A DNA stretch of 64,000 bases from an uncultured Gemmatimonadales bacterium. Lineage in GTDB: Bacteria > Gemmatimonadota > Gemmatimonadetes > Gemmatimonadales > Gemmatimonadaceae. Within the stretch, counting starts at the first letter, position 1, and every line of letters starts with the position of its first letter. The stretch is from contig CAWKNZ010000002.1 of assembly GCA_963851265.1 (NCBI GenBank), forward strand, positions 1,120,001 through 1,184,000, given 5' to 3'. The position numbers were made by a program, and so were the translations under genes. Below the pieces are notes generated by a model, which saw only the letters and a program-made list of their open reading frames with translations, had not been told where the DNA came from and did not search any database. This document shows, piece by piece, positions 19,040-29,921 of this stretch.

Positions 19040-21481
19040 ATGAATTCGCACGCGCTCACCGTCCTTGAGTATCCCCGCGTCCTGGCCGTCGTCGCCGACC
19101 GTGCGACGTCCACGCTCGGCGCCGCCCGCTTGCGGGCGCTCTCCCCGTCGTCGGACATCCCCTGGCTGGAAGGGGAGCACCGGCGCGTGGCGGCGGTGCG
19201 CGCGCTCGTCGCGAGTGAGGGCGGGTGGTCGCCAGAGCCAACGCCCGACCTGACCGAGCCGCTCGCGCGCCTGCGCGTCGTGGGCACCGTGTGGAGCGGG
19301 CCCGAGCTGGTCCAGGGCGCGACGTTGCTGCGCTCGTCGCGGCGCACGCGCGACGCGCTGTCGGACGCCAAGCGTCCGGCCATCGTCGCGGCCGTGCTCG
19401 CGCCATTCGCCGACCGCCTGCCGAGTGCGTCGCGCATGGAGCAGCAGGTCGAGCGGGCCGTCGCCGAGGACGGCACGGTGCGGGACGACGCGAGCGCGGT
19501 GCTTCGCGGGCTGCGGCGCGAGCTGCGCGGCGCGCAGGGCGAGCTGATCGCGTTGCTCGAGCGCGCCATCGGTCGACTCGAAGCGCACCAACAGGTGCCG
19601 GATGCGTCGGTCACGGTGCGCAACGGGCGCTACGTCATTCCGGTGCGTGCCGCCGCGCGCGGCGTGGTCGGCGGGATCGTGCACGACGCGTCGAGCACCG
19701 GCGCGACGCTGTTCGTCGAACCGCCGGCCGCGGTCGAGTTCGGAAACCGCATCCGCGAGCTCGAAGCGCGCGAGTCGGCGGAGGTCCAGCGTATCCTCGC
19801 CGAGCTGACCGATGAGCTTCGGCCCCTGCGCGAGGCGCTGCTCGCCGCGCTCGACGTGCTGGTCGCGCTCGACACGCTGTACGCGCGCGCGCGCTTCGCG
19901 ACCGAGTTCGGGTGCGCGCCGTGCGACATCGTGCCGGCCGGCGAGGGCTTCGCGATCGTGAACGGTCGCCACCCGCTCCTGCTCGCGCAGGGGGTCCCCG
20001 TCGTGCCGTTCGAGCTCGCGATGGACCCGAACGAGCACACTCTGCTCGTGTCCGGGCCCAACACCGGCGGCAAGACGGTGCTGCTGAAGGCGCTCGCGCT
20101 CGTCTCGCTGCTCGTCCAGAGCGGGATCCCGGCGCCGGTCGGCGACGAGAGCCGCGTCGCGGTCTTCGACGACTTCTTTGCCGACGTCGGCGACGAGCAG
20201 AGTCTGCAGGCATCGCTCTCGACGTTCTCGGCGCACCTCAAGAACCTCACCGAGATCGTCGCCGCCGCGACGCACGCGTCGCTCGTGCTCATCGACGAGC
20301 TCGGCTCCGGCACCGACCCGGTGGAAGGAGCGGCGTTAGGCGCCTCGGTGTTGGAGGAGTTGACGGGCCGCGGCACGACGACGATCGCGACCACGCACCT
20401 CGGCGCCCTGAAGGAGCTCGCGACCGAAGTGCGTGGCGTCGTGAACGCGTCGCTCCAGTTCGACGCCGTCGCGCTCGCGCCGACGTACCGGCTGCTCAAG
20501 GGCGTGCCGGGGCGCTCGTACGGCCTCTCGATCGCCCGCCGGCTCAACATGCCGGAGGCGATCGTCGCGCGCGCGGTCGAGCGCATTCCGAAGGGCGAGC
20601 GCGACGTCGACGCGCTGCTCGCCGACCTCGAAACGCGCGAGAAGGCGCTCGAAGATCGGGAGAAGCTCGCCGACGAGCTCGTCGAGAGCGGCCGGGCGCG
20701 TGCGCAGCGACTCGCCGAGCGTGAGAAGGCCGTGCGCGACCGCGAGCGCACGGCCGAGCGCGAGGCGCGCTTGGAGGCGCGCCGGCACCTTCTCGACGCC
20801 CGGAAACAGGTCGACCGTCTGCTTCGCGACCTCAAGACCGCCGCGTCCGAGTTGAGCGGTGTGCCGGCATCCGAGCTCGACGAGCGCGCGCGCGCCGCGC
20901 GGCGCCGTGCGGAGGAACTCGCCGCCGGACAGCAGGAGCACCTCGAGCGGCTCGCGCGCGAGGAGCGGAACCTCGCGCGCCGCGACACGCCGCGCGCCCG
21001 CCCGAACGGTGCCGCGCAGACGAGTGCGGCGAGCCCGCCCGCCGCGGGCGACACCGTCATCGTCCAGACGTTGGGCGGGAAGCTCGGCAAGCTCCTCGAA
21101 CTGCGGGGGAAGGACGCGGTCGTGGCGGTCGGCGCGTTGAAGCTGACCGTTCCGCTGGACGGCGTCGCGAAGACGTCGCAGCAGATTCCGAAGCCCGAGA
21201 TCGTCGTGCCATCGCTCGGCGCGCTCCCCGAGGTGCGCGCCCAGAGTGAGGTGGACCTGCGGGGCATCCGCGCGGACGAGGTCGACGACGCGCTCCTGCC
21301 GGCGATCGACGCGGCGGTGCACGCCGATCTGCGCCACCTCCGCATCATCCATGGCAAGGGAACCGGCGCGCTGCGCGAGCGCGTGACGGAGTTACTCCGC
21401 AAGGACACGCGCGCGCGCTCGTTCCGCATGGGGCTGTGGAACGAGGGAGGCTCCGGCGTGACCGTGGTGGACCTCGAGTGA
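19040..21481 (+). CDS. mutS2: Endonuclease MutS2
   Basis: GPNTGGKT, DELGSGTDP, TTH, C-terminal Smr domain IIHGKGTG. Confidence 0.95.
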   Translation: MNSHALTVLEYPRVLAVVADRATSTLGAARLRALSPSSDIPWLEGEHRRVAAVRALVASEGGWSPEPTPDLTEPLARLRVVGTVWSGPELVQGATLLRSSRRTRDALSDAKRPAIVAAVLAPFADRLPSASRMEQQVERAVAEDGTVRDDASAVLRGLRRELRGAQGELIALLERAIGRLEAHQQVPDASVTVRNGRYVIPVRAAARGVVGGIVHDASSTGATLFVEPPAAVEFGNRIRELEARESAEVQRILAELTDELRPLREALLAALDVLVALDTLYARARFATEFGCAPCDIVPAGEGFAIVNGRHPLLLAQGVPVVPFELAMDPNEHTLLVSGPNTGGKTVLLKALALVSLLVQSGIPAPVGDESRVAVFDDFFADVGDEQSLQASLSTFSAHLKNLTEIVAAATHASLVLIDELGSGTDPVEGAALGASVLEELTGRGTTTIATTHLGALKELATEVRGVVNASLQFDAVALAPTYRLLKGVPGRSYGLSIARRLNMPEAIVARAVERIPKGERDVDALLADLETREKALEDREKLADELVESGRARAQRLAEREKAVRDRERTAEREARLEARRHLLDARKQVDRLLRDLKTAASELSGVPASELDERARAARRRAEELAAGQQEHLERLAREERNLARRDTPRARPNGAAQTSAASPPAAGDTVIVQTLGGKLGKLLELRGKDAVVAVGALKLTVPLDGVAKTSQQIPKPEIVVPSLGALPEVRAQSEVDLRGIRADEVDDALLPAIDAAVHADLRHLRIIHGKGTGALRERVTELLRKDTRARSFRMGLWNEGGSGVTVVDLE

Positions 21482-21497
21482 TCCGGGCCCACCGCGC

Positions 21498-23531
21498 GTG
21501 ATCACCCCCGAGAGCATCGAGCGCGTGCGCGAGGCCGCCGACATCGTCGACATCGTCGGCGAGCACGTGAAGCTCAAGCGGAGCGGGTCGAGCTTCCGAG
21601 GCCCGTGCCCGTTCCACCACGGTACGGGTCCCAACTTCGCCGTCACCCCGCGCACGAACGCCTACTACTGCTTCGTCTGCCACGCGAAGGGCGACGTGAT
21701 CGGCTTCGTGCGCGACCACCTCGGGCTCGATTTCGTGGAAGCGGTGAAGTACGTCGCGGACCGCGCCGGCGTGGAGGTGCAGGAGACGCGGAACCGCCCC
21801 ACCGAGGAGCGCGACGCGCGCGAACCGCTCTGGGAGGCGAACGCTGCTGCCGCGGAGCTCTTCCGGACGACGCTCTGGGAGGACGCCGAGGCGCAGGGCG
21901 CGCGCGAATACCTCGCCTCGCGCGACGTCTCGCGCGACGACGCGGACCGGTTCGGACTCGGCTACGCGTGGCGCGACGGGTCGCGGTGGGTGCAGAAGCT
22001 CGGCGCGTTAGGCCACGACCCCGCGCGGTTGCTCGACGCGGGGCTGCTGGGGCGGCGCGACGAGCGCCCCGACGAGCCGTACCCGTACTACCGCGGGCGC
22101 CTCATGATCCCGATCCAGGACGCCGCGGGACGGACGGTCGGGTTCGGAGGCCGCGCGCTCCGCGCCGACCAGCAACCGAAGTACCTGAACTCGCCGCAGG
22201 GCGCGCTGTTCGACAAGGGGCGGCAGCTCTACGGCCTGTCGTGGGCCAAGCACCCGATCCGCAAGGCCGAGCGCGCGCTCGTGGTCGAAGGCTACTTCGA
22301 CGCGTTGCGGCTCGCGCTCGCGGGAATCGAGGAGACGGTCGCCGGCCTGGGCACCGCCCTCACCGAAGATCAGGCCGCGATCGTCGCCAAGCTCACGCGC
22401 AACGTGTTCCTCGTCTACGACGGGGATGGCCCGGGGCAGAAGGCGACCGTGAAGGCTGGGCACGCGCTGCTCCGGCTCGGCGTCGCGCCGCGTGTCGTAT
22501 CGCTTTCCGGCGGCGAGGACCCGGACACGTACGTCCGCGCGCACGGCCGTGAGGCGATCGAGGCCGCCCTCGCGCAGGGGCTCGACGTGCTCGACTGGCA
22601 GATCCTGCTGCTCCAGCGCCACGCGTACTTCACCGACCTGCACCGCACGCGTCGCGCGATCGACAAGCTCTTGCCCACCGTGCGCGCCGCGGCCGACCCG
22701 GTCACGCGTGACCTCTACATCGCGCGGCTGGCCGAAGTGGCGAAGCTCGACCGCGACGTGCTGCAGCGAGAGGTCGACGCGCCCCCACAGCGCGGGACGG
22801 GGGCGGCACCGCCCCCGGGATCGCAAGCGCCGACGGGCGGACCAGCCGCGCCGCGCGGCGCGGTCGCCGAGCCCGCTCGGGGAGCGCCGCGCGGCGCCCG
22901 CGAGGTGAGCGCGGACGGCGTCGAGTACGTGACGGCCGCACCCGCCCGCGAGGATCGCCCCGGATTCCGCCCGTTCGAGCGACGCACGCTGCGCGGGCGT
23001 CGGGCCGAGGAGTGGGTGAGCGTCCGCGCGGTCCCACGCGTCCCACTGGACGCGATCACGCGGCGCGCCGAACGCGAACTCGTGCGGGCGATGGTGCAGG
23101 ATCGCCGGCTCGTCGAGGCGGTCGCGGAAAAGTGGCAGCCCGAGGCCTTCCACGAGGATGCGTTCCGCGAGCTGTTCGCTCGGCTCCTGCACGACCCCGA
23201 CCAGCCGCTCGACGACGCCGCGCGCGGCTTCCCCGAGCAGGCCGTTCGCCTCATCGACGAAACGCTGAGCGAGCGCGACCCGTCGCCCGAACTCACCGTG
23301 GCGAGCTGGCTGGTGAAGCTGCAGGTGCGCGCGCTCGACAACGAGAAGGCCGAGATCCTGCGCAGGCTCACGGTGAATACGCCGCCGGTGCTCGACGGCG
23401 AGAAGGATCTGCTGATCACGCGCATGCAGGCCCTGCAAGCGGAGCGCGCGGCGCTCTCGCCGACGTACGGGCGGGTGGCCGCGTCGCGCGAGTCGTACGC
23501 CAACGAACCGGGCGCCGACGAGCGCCGCTGA
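21498..23531 (+). CDS. dnaG: DNA primase
   Basis: CPFH...CFVC zinc finger, PKYLNS, VEGYFD, YDGD Toprim motif. Confidence 0.95.
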   Translation: MITPESIERVREAADIVDIVGEHVKLKRSGSSFRGPCPFHHGTGPNFAVTPRTNAYYCFVCHAKGDVIGFVRDHLGLDFVEAVKYVADRAGVEVQETRNRPTEERDAREPLWEANAAAAELFRTTLWEDAEAQGAREYLASRDVSRDDADRFGLGYAWRDGSRWVQKLGALGHDPARLLDAGLLGRRDERPDEPYPYYRGRLMIPIQDAAGRTVGFGGRALRADQQPKYLNSPQGALFDKGRQLYGLSWAKHPIRKAERALVVEGYFDALRLALAGIEETVAGLGTALTEDQAAIVAKLTRNVFLVYDGDGPGQKATVKAGHALLRLGVAPRVVSLSGGEDPDTYVRAHGREAIEAALAQGLDVLDWQILLLQRHAYFTDLHRTRRAIDKLLPTVRAAADPVTRDLYIARLAEVAKLDRDVLQREVDAPPQRGTGAAPPPGSQAPTGGPAAPRGAVAEPARGAPRGAREVSADGVEYVTAAPAREDRPGFRPFERRTLRGRRAEEWVSVRAVPRVPLDAITRRAERELVRAMVQDRRLVEAVAEKWQPEAFHEDAFRELFARLLHDPDQPLDDAARGFPEQAVRLIDETLSERDPSPELTVASWLVKLQVRALDNEKAEILRRLTVNTPPVLDGEKDLLITRMQALQAERAALSPTYGRVAASRESYANEPGADERR

Positions 23532-23592
23532 CGCGCGATGGTCCGCGTCGGCCGGTATACCCGCGGTCGCCCGGCTTCGTAGATTGGGCCTC

Positions 23593-25377
23593 GTGCCCGC
23601 ACACGCCACCGCTCGTCCGGCCGTTCGCCCGCGCCCTCGGCCTCGCTGGACCATCGCTCCCGCGCCGGACGCCGCGACGGTCGCCGCGCTCGCCGCCGGG
23701 TTGCAGCTGCCCGAAACCGTGTGTCGGCTGCTCGTCGTGCGAGGACATCGCGCGGTGGACGGTGCCAAGCACTACTTGCGCCCGCGCCTCGACCAGCTCC
23801 ACGCGCCCGACCGGCTGAACGGCGTCGCGCGGGCCGCCGAGCGGCTCGCCACGGCGGTGCGGCGGGGCGAAACGGTGCTGGTGCACGGCGATTACGACGT
23901 CGACGGGATGTGCTCGACTGCGATCATGGTGCGCGTGCTGCGCGCCGTCGGCGGCGTCGTGGTCCCGTTCATCCCCGACCGCCTCACGGACGGCTACGAC
24001 CTGACCGGGGCGGGCGTGCGCGCGGCCAAGGCGGCCGGCGCGGCAGTGGTGCTCACCTGCGACTGCGGAACCAGCGCGCACGGTCCCGTCGAGGCGCTCT
24101 GCGAGGCCGGGGTCGACGTGATCGTGAGCGACCACCACCTCCCGGGTCACGGGCGCGACGTGCCGGCGTGTCACGCGGTGCTCAACCCGAATGCGCCCGG
24201 CACCGACTACCCCGACGCGGACCGCGGGCTGTGCGCCGCGGGCGTCGCGTTCAAGCTCGCGCTCGCGCTCGTCCAGACGTTAGGCGCGAGCGACGCGATC
24301 GTCTGGCGGCAGCTCGACCTCGTCGCGCTCGCGACCATCGCGGACGTCGCACCGCTGCGGGGCGAAAATCGCGTGCTGGCGCGCTACGGCCTCAAGCTCA
24401 TGGCCGATTCGCCGAATGCCGGCCTGCGCGCGCTCGTTCGCGCGGCGGGGCTCGACGCGAAGCCGCTTACGGCCGGGCGGGTGGGCTTCATCCTCGCGCC
24501 GCGGCTCAACGCCGTCGGCCGGCTCGGGTCGGCGCTCCGCGGCGTGGAGCTGCTCACCACCGACGACGCGCACGAGGCGAACGTGATCGCGCGCGAGCTC
24601 GAGGAGCTCAACCGGCGGCGTCAGGATCTGGACCGCGCGACGCTCGACGCGGCACGCCGGCAGCTCGACCGGATCGACCTCGACGCCACCTACGGACTGG
24701 TGCTCGCGGGCGACGGCTGGCACCCGGGGGTGATCGGGATCGTCGCCTCGCGCGTCGTCGAGGAGACCGGGCGACCGGCCGTGCTGGTCGCCGTCGAGAA
24801 CGGGGTCGGGAAGGGCAGCGGCCGCTCGATCGCCGCGTTCGACCTGCACGACGCGCTCTCCGCGTGCGACGCACGCGGCCTGTTCCACCGCTTCGGCGGC
24901 CACAAGGCGGCCGCCGGCGTGACGCTCGACGCGGCCAAGGTGCCCGCCTTCGCCGAGGCGTTCGCCGCGGTCGCGCGCGAGCGGCTGACGAAGGACCAGC
25001 TCGTCCCCGAGCTGCGCGTCGACCTCGAGTTGCCGTTAGGCGCCGTCACCGACGCGCTCGAGGCCACGCTCCGCCACCTGGAGCCGCACGGCCTCGGCAA
25101 CGCGGCGCCGGTCCTCGCCGTACGCGGCGCGCGGCTCGCGACGCCGCCGCGTCCGGTCGGCACGGACGGCGTACGGCTGAGCTTCCGCACGCCCGACGGC
25201 GGCGAGATCGGCGCGATCGGGTGGGGGATGCTCGACCGCGCCGAGGGGCTGGACGTGCACACGCCGGTCGACGTCGCGTTCCGGCTCGAGCGCGACGACT
25301 ATCGTGGCGCCGACCGGCTGCAGCTACGGCTCGCCGACGTCACGCCGTCCGCGCGCACGGGCGCGCTCGCGGAGTAG
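23593..25377 (+). CDS. recJ: Single-stranded-DNA-specific exonuclease RecJ
   Basis: GDYDVDG, DHH, PRLNAVGR, GSGRS, GGH; GTG 23593 chosen as start. Confidence 0.96.
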   Translation: MPAHATARPAVRPRPRPRWTIAPAPDAATVAALAAGLQLPETVCRLLVVRGHRAVDGAKHYLRPRLDQLHAPDRLNGVARAAERLATAVRRGETVLVHGDYDVDGMCSTAIMVRVLRAVGGVVVPFIPDRLTDGYDLTGAGVRAAKAAGAAVVLTCDCGTSAHGPVEALCEAGVDVIVSDHHLPGHGRDVPACHAVLNPNAPGTDYPDADRGLCAAGVAFKLALALVQTLGASDAIVWRQLDLVALATIADVAPLRGENRVLARYGLKLMADSPNAGLRALVRAAGLDAKPLTAGRVGFILAPRLNAVGRLGSALRGVELLTTDDAHEANVIARELEELNRRRQDLDRATLDAARRQLDRIDLDATYGLVLAGDGWHPGVIGIVASRVVEETGRPAVLVAVENGVGKGSGRSIAAFDLHDALSACDARGLFHRFGGHKAAAGVTLDAAKVPAFAEAFAAVARERLTKDQLVPELRVDLELPLGAVTDALEATLRHLEPHGLGNAAPVLAVRGARLATPPRPVGTDGVRLSFRTPDGGEIGAIGWGMLDRAEGLDVHTPVDVAFRLERDDYRGADRLQLRLADVTPSARTGALAE

Positions 25378-25387
25378 GGCGGACCGC

Positions 25388-25930
25388 ATGCGGATCGTTG
25401 CCGGTCGCTGGCGCGGGCGCCCGATCGACGCGCCGCGCGACGCGCGCGTGCGCCCCACGTCGGACAAGGTGCGCGAGGCGTGGCTCAGCATCGTCGCGGC
25501 CGAGGTGGCTGGGGCGGCAGTGGTCGACCTGTTCGCCGGCTCGGGCGCGTTGGGGATCGAGGCGCTCTCGCGTGGTGCCGCGACCTGCGATTTCGTCGAG
25601 TTAAACGCGGCGTCGCTGCGCGCGCTCGGCGCCAACCTCGAGCGCGTCGCCGCGGGTGACGCGGCGCGCGTCCGGCGCGGCGACGCGTTGCGGTTCGTCG
25701 AGGCGCTGCCGGCCTATGCGTACGACCTCGCCTTCGCCGACCCCCCCTACAGCACCGACGCCGCCATTCGCGTGGCCGAGCGATGGCTCGCGGTCCCGTT
25801 TGCGCGCGTACTGGGCGTCGAGCACGACGCGCGCGTCGCGTTGCCCGAGGCTGAAGACTCGCGCAAGTACGGCACGACGCGGGTGACGTTCTACCGCGCC
25901 GACCCGGTGATCTGGTCGGCGGATCCGTGA
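25388..25930 (+). CDS. rsmD: 16S rRNA m2G966 methyltransferase
   Basis: MRIVAG, RPTSDKVRE, DLFAGSG, DPPY. Confidence 0.93.
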   Translation: MRIVAGRWRGRPIDAPRDARVRPTSDKVREAWLSIVAAEVAGAAVVDLFAGSGALGIEALSRGAATCDFVELNAASLRALGANLERVAAGDAARVRRGDALRFVEALPAYAYDLAFADPPYSTDAAIRVAERWLAVPFARVLGVEHDARVALPEAEDSRKYGTTRVTFYRADPVIWSADP

Positions 25931-26433
25931 CGCGCGCGGCCGTCTTCGCCGGCAGCTTCGACCCGATCACGCGCGGGCACGTCGACCTCGTGCGGCGTGC
26001 CGCGGCGCTGTTCGACCGCGTGACGGTCGCCGTCGCCGTGAACTCCGGAAAGCAGCCGTTGTTCACGCTCGACGAGCGCGTGCAACAGGTCCGCGACGCT
26101 CTCGCGGGCGCGGGTGTCGCGGCCGACGTCGCGCGACTCGACGGGTTGCTCGTGGCGTTCGCGCGGAGTGCGGGCGCGACGTTCCTCGTGCGCGGCGTCC
26201 GCAGCGTCGCGGACTTCGAGTACGAACAGCAGATGGCGCGGATGAACCGGCACGTCGCGCCCGAGATCGACACCGTGTTCCTCTCGCCGGCGCCCGAACT
26301 CGCCTGGGTGAGTTCGACCCTCGTCCGCGACGTCTCGCGCCTCGGCGAGTCGGTCGACGCGCTCGTCACGCCGAACGTCGCGACCGCGCTCCGTGCGCGG
26401 TTCGCGCGCGTGGACGCGGCCGCGCGCGCGTGA
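25927..26433 (+). CDS. coaD: Phosphopantetheine adenylyltransferase
   Basis: GSFDPITRGH, RGVRSVADFEYE, SSTLVR. Confidence 0.96.
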   Translation: MTRAAVFAGSFDPITRGHVDLVRRAAALFDRVTVAVAVNSGKQPLFTLDERVQQVRDALAGAGVAADVARLDGLLVAFARSAGATFLVRGVRSVADFEYEQQMARMNRHVAPEIDTVFLSPAPELAWVSSTLVRDVSRLGESVDALVTPNVATALRARFARVDAAARA

Positions 26434-26462
26434 GCGGCGCGTGAGTCGCACGTGAGCGGTAC

Positions 26463-27542
26463 GTGACGCAACCCGGCGGCGCGACCGAACGCCCGGGCGG
26501 GTCCGCGTTTCTGCGCGACGTTCTACGCCGCGCGGCGGAGTCGCCTCGTCGCATCGCGTTCGCCGAGGCGGGCGACGAGCGGACGTGCGCGGCCGTCCGT
26601 CGCCTGCTCAAAGAGCGCGTGGTCCACCCCGTACTCGTGACCGGCGACGACGGCGCTGCCGCCGACGTGGGCTTGGCGGCACTGCGCGAGCTGACGGCGG
26701 CGGGCGCAGAAGTCGTCGACGCGCGTGACCCGGCGATCGTCGATCGCGTTGCGGCCCATCTGCTCATGCGCCGTGCCGCGAAGGGGCTGACCGAGGATGC
26801 CGCGCGCGCGCTCGCCCGCCGCCCGCTCTATGCGGCCGATGCTCTCGTCGCGCTCGGCGAGTGCGACGGGAGCGTCGCCGGTGCGGTGAATACGACGGCC
26901 GACGTGCTGCGTGCCGCGTTATGGACGATCGGCGCGGCGAGCGCCGGCGGCACCGTCTCGAGCGCGTTCTACATGGCCGTCGGCGATTTTCGCGGCGCCG
27001 GGGACGAGGTGCTGACCTTCACGGACTGCGCCGTGGTGCCTGAGCCGAACGTGGCGCAACTCGTCGACATCGCACGCGCCGCCGCGGTCGATCGGTCCCG
27101 CGTCGTCGGCGACACACCGCGCGTCGCATTCCTCTCGTACTCCACCTACGGGAGCGGCGGCGCCGCCGAGTCCGTGGAGCGGGTGAGGCGCGCGGCCGCG
27201 CTCCTGCGCGACGCGGCGCCCGGCCTCGCCGTGGACGGAGACTTGCAAGCCGACGCCGCGCTCGTCCGCGACGTCGGGCAGCGCAAGGCGCCCGGAAGTC
27301 GCGTCGCCGGCGACGCGAACGTGCTCGTGTTTCCGTCGCTCGACGCCGGCAACATCGCGTACAAGCTCGTGCAGCGGCTCGCCGGCGCGGCCGCCGTCGG
27401 GCCCATCCTGCAGGGATTCGCGCGGCCCTGTAGCGACCTCTCCCGCGGCGCGTCCCGCGACGACATTGTTCACGTCGCCGCGATCACGGCCCTGCAGGCC
27501 GGATCCGCCGTCAGCTCGCACCCGAACACACCAGCCTCATGA
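26463..27542 (+). CDS. pta: Phosphate acetyltransferase (short PTA type)
   Basis: FTDCAV, LSYSTYGS, QADAAL, LDAGNIAYKL, DLSRG. Confidence 0.9.
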   Translation: MTQPGGATERPGGSAFLRDVLRRAAESPRRIAFAEAGDERTCAAVRRLLKERVVHPVLVTGDDGAAADVGLAALRELTAAGAEVVDARDPAIVDRVAAHLLMRRAAKGLTEDAARALARRPLYAADALVALGECDGSVAGAVNTTADVLRAALWTIGAASAGGTVSSAFYMAVGDFRGAGDEVLTFTDCAVVPEPNVAQLVDIARAAAVDRSRVVGDTPRVAFLSYSTYGSGGAAESVERVRRAAALLRDAAPGLAVDGDLQADAALVRDVGQRKAPGSRVAGDANVLVFPSLDAGNIAYKLVQRLAGAAAVGPILQGFARPCSDLSRGASRDDIVHVAAITALQAGSAVSSHPNTPAS

Positions 27543-27871
27543 GTTTTACCATGCACCGCGAGCGCGACGTGCTCGTCGTGGACGTCGACGGCCAGCTCAT
27601 CGTCGGCAACCGTCAGGAGATGAAGCAGAAGGTTCTCGACGCGCTCGAGGGCGGCGAGCGCAAGTTCCTGATCGACTTCGAAAAGACGGGCTACATCGAC
27701 AGCTCGGGGCTGGGCGTGCTCGTCTCGCTCAGCAAGAAGATTCGCGAGCAGGGAGGCGAGCTGCGCCTCGCGAACCTCAACGAGGACCTCAAGACGCTGT
27801 TCGAGCTCACCAAGCTCGACACACTCTTCCAGATCTCCGACTCGCGCGAGCGGGCGCTCGAAAGCCTCTGA
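27539..27871 (+). CDS. STAS-domain anti-sigma factor antagonist (RsbV/SpoIIAA-like)
   Basis: YIDSSGLGVLV phospho-serine motif. Confidence 0.93.
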   Translation: MSFTMHRERDVLVVDVDGQLIVGNRQEMKQKVLDALEGGERKFLIDFEKTGYIDSSGLGVLVSLSKKIREQGGELRLANLNEDLKTLFELTKLDTLFQISDSRERALESL

Positions 27872-27884
27872 CCGTCCATCCGCG

Positions 27885-28310
27885 TTGAGCCCCGACCGGC
27901 TCGACCTCGCGATCCCGAGCGACGTCGGGCACATCGAGCGCGTCGTCGACGCGGTGGTCGCGCGCTGCCAGGCGCACGCCTACTCGCGCCGTGCGTGCGC
28001 GCTCAACGTGCCCGTCGCGCTCACCGAGGCACTCGCGAACGCGATCGTGAGCGGGAATCGCGAGGACGCCGCGAAGCGCGTGCACGTGCGCGCCTCGGTC
28101 GACGACCTCCAACTCGTCCTCGAAGTGCGCGACGAGGGCGCGGGGTTCGACCTCAGCGCACAGGTCTGGGGTCCGGACGCCTCCGACGTGCACGAGCGCG
28201 AAGACGGGCGGGGGCTCTTTCTCATGCGGCGACTGATGGACCACGTCGAACAGTTCGCGGTGCCCGGTACCGGCAACGTCGTCCGGATGACCCTCCGGCG
28301 CTCGGCGTGA
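27885..28310 (+). CDS. Anti-sigma factor serine kinase (RsbW-like)
   Basis: EALANAIVSG, DEGAGF, GRGLFLM GHKL boxes. Confidence 0.9.
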   Translation: MSPDRLDLAIPSDVGHIERVVDAVVARCQAHAYSRRACALNVPVALTEALANAIVSGNREDAAKRVHVRASVDDLQLVLEVRDEGAGFDLSAQVWGPDASDVHEREDGRGLFLMRRLMDHVEQFAVPGTGNVVRMTLRRSA

Positions 28311-28312
28311 CG

Positions 28313-29917
28313 ATGGGCCGCGCGAGCACGCGCGCGGCGACCGAACTCGGCGCCGTGCTCCGGGCGTTCCGGGCCGCGACCGGTTGCGGCGCCGCACTGT
28401 GGGCGGCCGACGCACCCGACGCGGCCCTGCGGCTCGTCGCCGACGACGGGCAGGCGCACGCGTCGGGCCCACCGAACGTCGCCGACGCGACGGAAGCGCA
28501 GATCGCCGGTGGGCAGCGTGCCGCGGCGGTGCCGGGCCTGCCCCTCACGTGGCTCGCGGTGGGCCCGTGCGCCGACGGCGCCGCGCCGTCCCCCGAACAG
28601 GTCCAGCTGCTGCTCCCACTCGTCGCGGGTCAGCTGCACGCGATCGGTGAGGTCGAGCAGGCCGCGCTCGAGCTGTCCGAGCGCTACGAGGAGATCAACC
28701 TCCTCTATACCATCAGCGAGATCCTCGGTCGCGCGGTCACGCTCGAGGAGACCGCGGGCGTGATCCTCGACGAGGTCTCGGAGACGGTCGGCGCGCGCCG
28801 AGGCGCGATCTACCTGCACGAGCCCGCGGGCGGGGTGCTGCGCGCGATCGCGACGTTAGGCGTCGCCGGCGCCGCCGTCCCGGCCATCGACGCGAGCGAC
28901 CCGCAGAGCACGGCGGCGCGCGTGTTCCGCACGCTCAACCCGACGATCGACGACCGGGACGGCGTTGCGTCGGACGCCGACGGGCCCGTCCGCGACGGCG
29001 CGCTGCTCTGCGTCCCGATCGTGTGGAGCGGGCCCGAGCGTGGAGACCCGCTCGGCGTCGTCGCGCTCTCGGACCGCCGCGCCGGTCAGCAGTTCACCGC
29101 CGGCGACCTCAAGCTCGTGACGGCGATCGCGTCTCAGATCGCGGCCGCGATTCAGAATGCGCGCCTCGTGCGCGCCTCCATCCAGCAGCAGCGCCTCACG
29201 CAGGAGATGGCGCTCGCGCACGACCTCCAGATGTCGCTCCTGCCACGCGTCGACGTCGTCGCGCCCGCGGCCACCGTCGCCGCGCGCGTCGAGCCCGCCG
29301 ACAGTGTGGGAGGCGACTTCTACCAGCTCGTCCGGTTGCCCGAGGGGAGGACCGGCGTGATGGTCGGCGACGTGTCGAGCCACGGCTACCGGGCCGCGCT
29401 CATCATGGCGCTCACGATGAGCGCCGCGGCGATCCATGCCCAACAGTCGGCCGACCCGGCCGAAACACTCGGCGCCGTGCTCGGCTCGCTCGGCGACGAG
29501 CTGGCGAACACGGAAATGTTCATCTCGACCGTGTACGCCGTGGTCGACCCTCGCGCGGGAACGCTCCTGTACGCGAACGCCGGCCACCCGCACGCGTTCG
29601 TGCTGCGCGCCGACGGGACGGCCGAGCGGCTTCCGGCCGGCGCGCCGCCATTGGGGCTCGTCTCCGTGACGCCCGCGTGCGCGCAGACCGAGTGGCACGC
29701 CGGCGAGGACCTGCTGCTCGTGTTCACCGACGGGATCAGCGAGGCGACGAACGCCGACGGCGAGATGCTCGGCGAGGAGCCGGTCCTCGCGGCCGCGCGC
29801 CGCGCGCCACGGCGCGAGCCCGCCGCGGTCGTGGCCGCGGTTTTCGACGCGCTGCACGCTCACACGGGCGGTTCGAAGCCGCGCGACGACCTCACGCTCG
29901 TCGTCGTCCGGAGCTGA
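28313..29917 (+). CDS. GAF + PP2C (SpoIIE/RsbU-like) phosphatase
   Basis: GAF domain, VGGDFY, GDVSSHG, NAGH, FTDG, DDLT. Confidence 0.9.
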   Translation: MGRASTRAATELGAVLRAFRAATGCGAALWAADAPDAALRLVADDGQAHASGPPNVADATEAQIAGGQRAAAVPGLPLTWLAVGPCADGAAPSPEQVQLLLPLVAGQLHAIGEVEQAALELSERYEEINLLYTISEILGRAVTLEETAGVILDEVSETVGARRGAIYLHEPAGGVLRAIATLGVAGAAVPAIDASDPQSTAARVFRTLNPTIDDRDGVASDADGPVRDGALLCVPIVWSGPERGDPLGVVALSDRRAGQQFTAGDLKLVTAIASQIAAAIQNARLVRASIQQQRLTQEMALAHDLQMSLLPRVDVVAPAATVAARVEPADSVGGDFYQLVRLPEGRTGVMVGDVSSHGYRAALIMALTMSAAAIHAQQSADPAETLGAVLGSLGDELANTEMFISTVYAVVDPRAGTLLYANAGHPHAFVLRADGTAERLPAGAPPLGLVSVTPACAQTEWHAGEDLLLVFTDGISEATNADGEMLGEEPVLAAARRAPRREPAAVVAAVFDALHAHTGGSKPRDDLTLVVVRS

Positions 29918-29921
29918 GCGC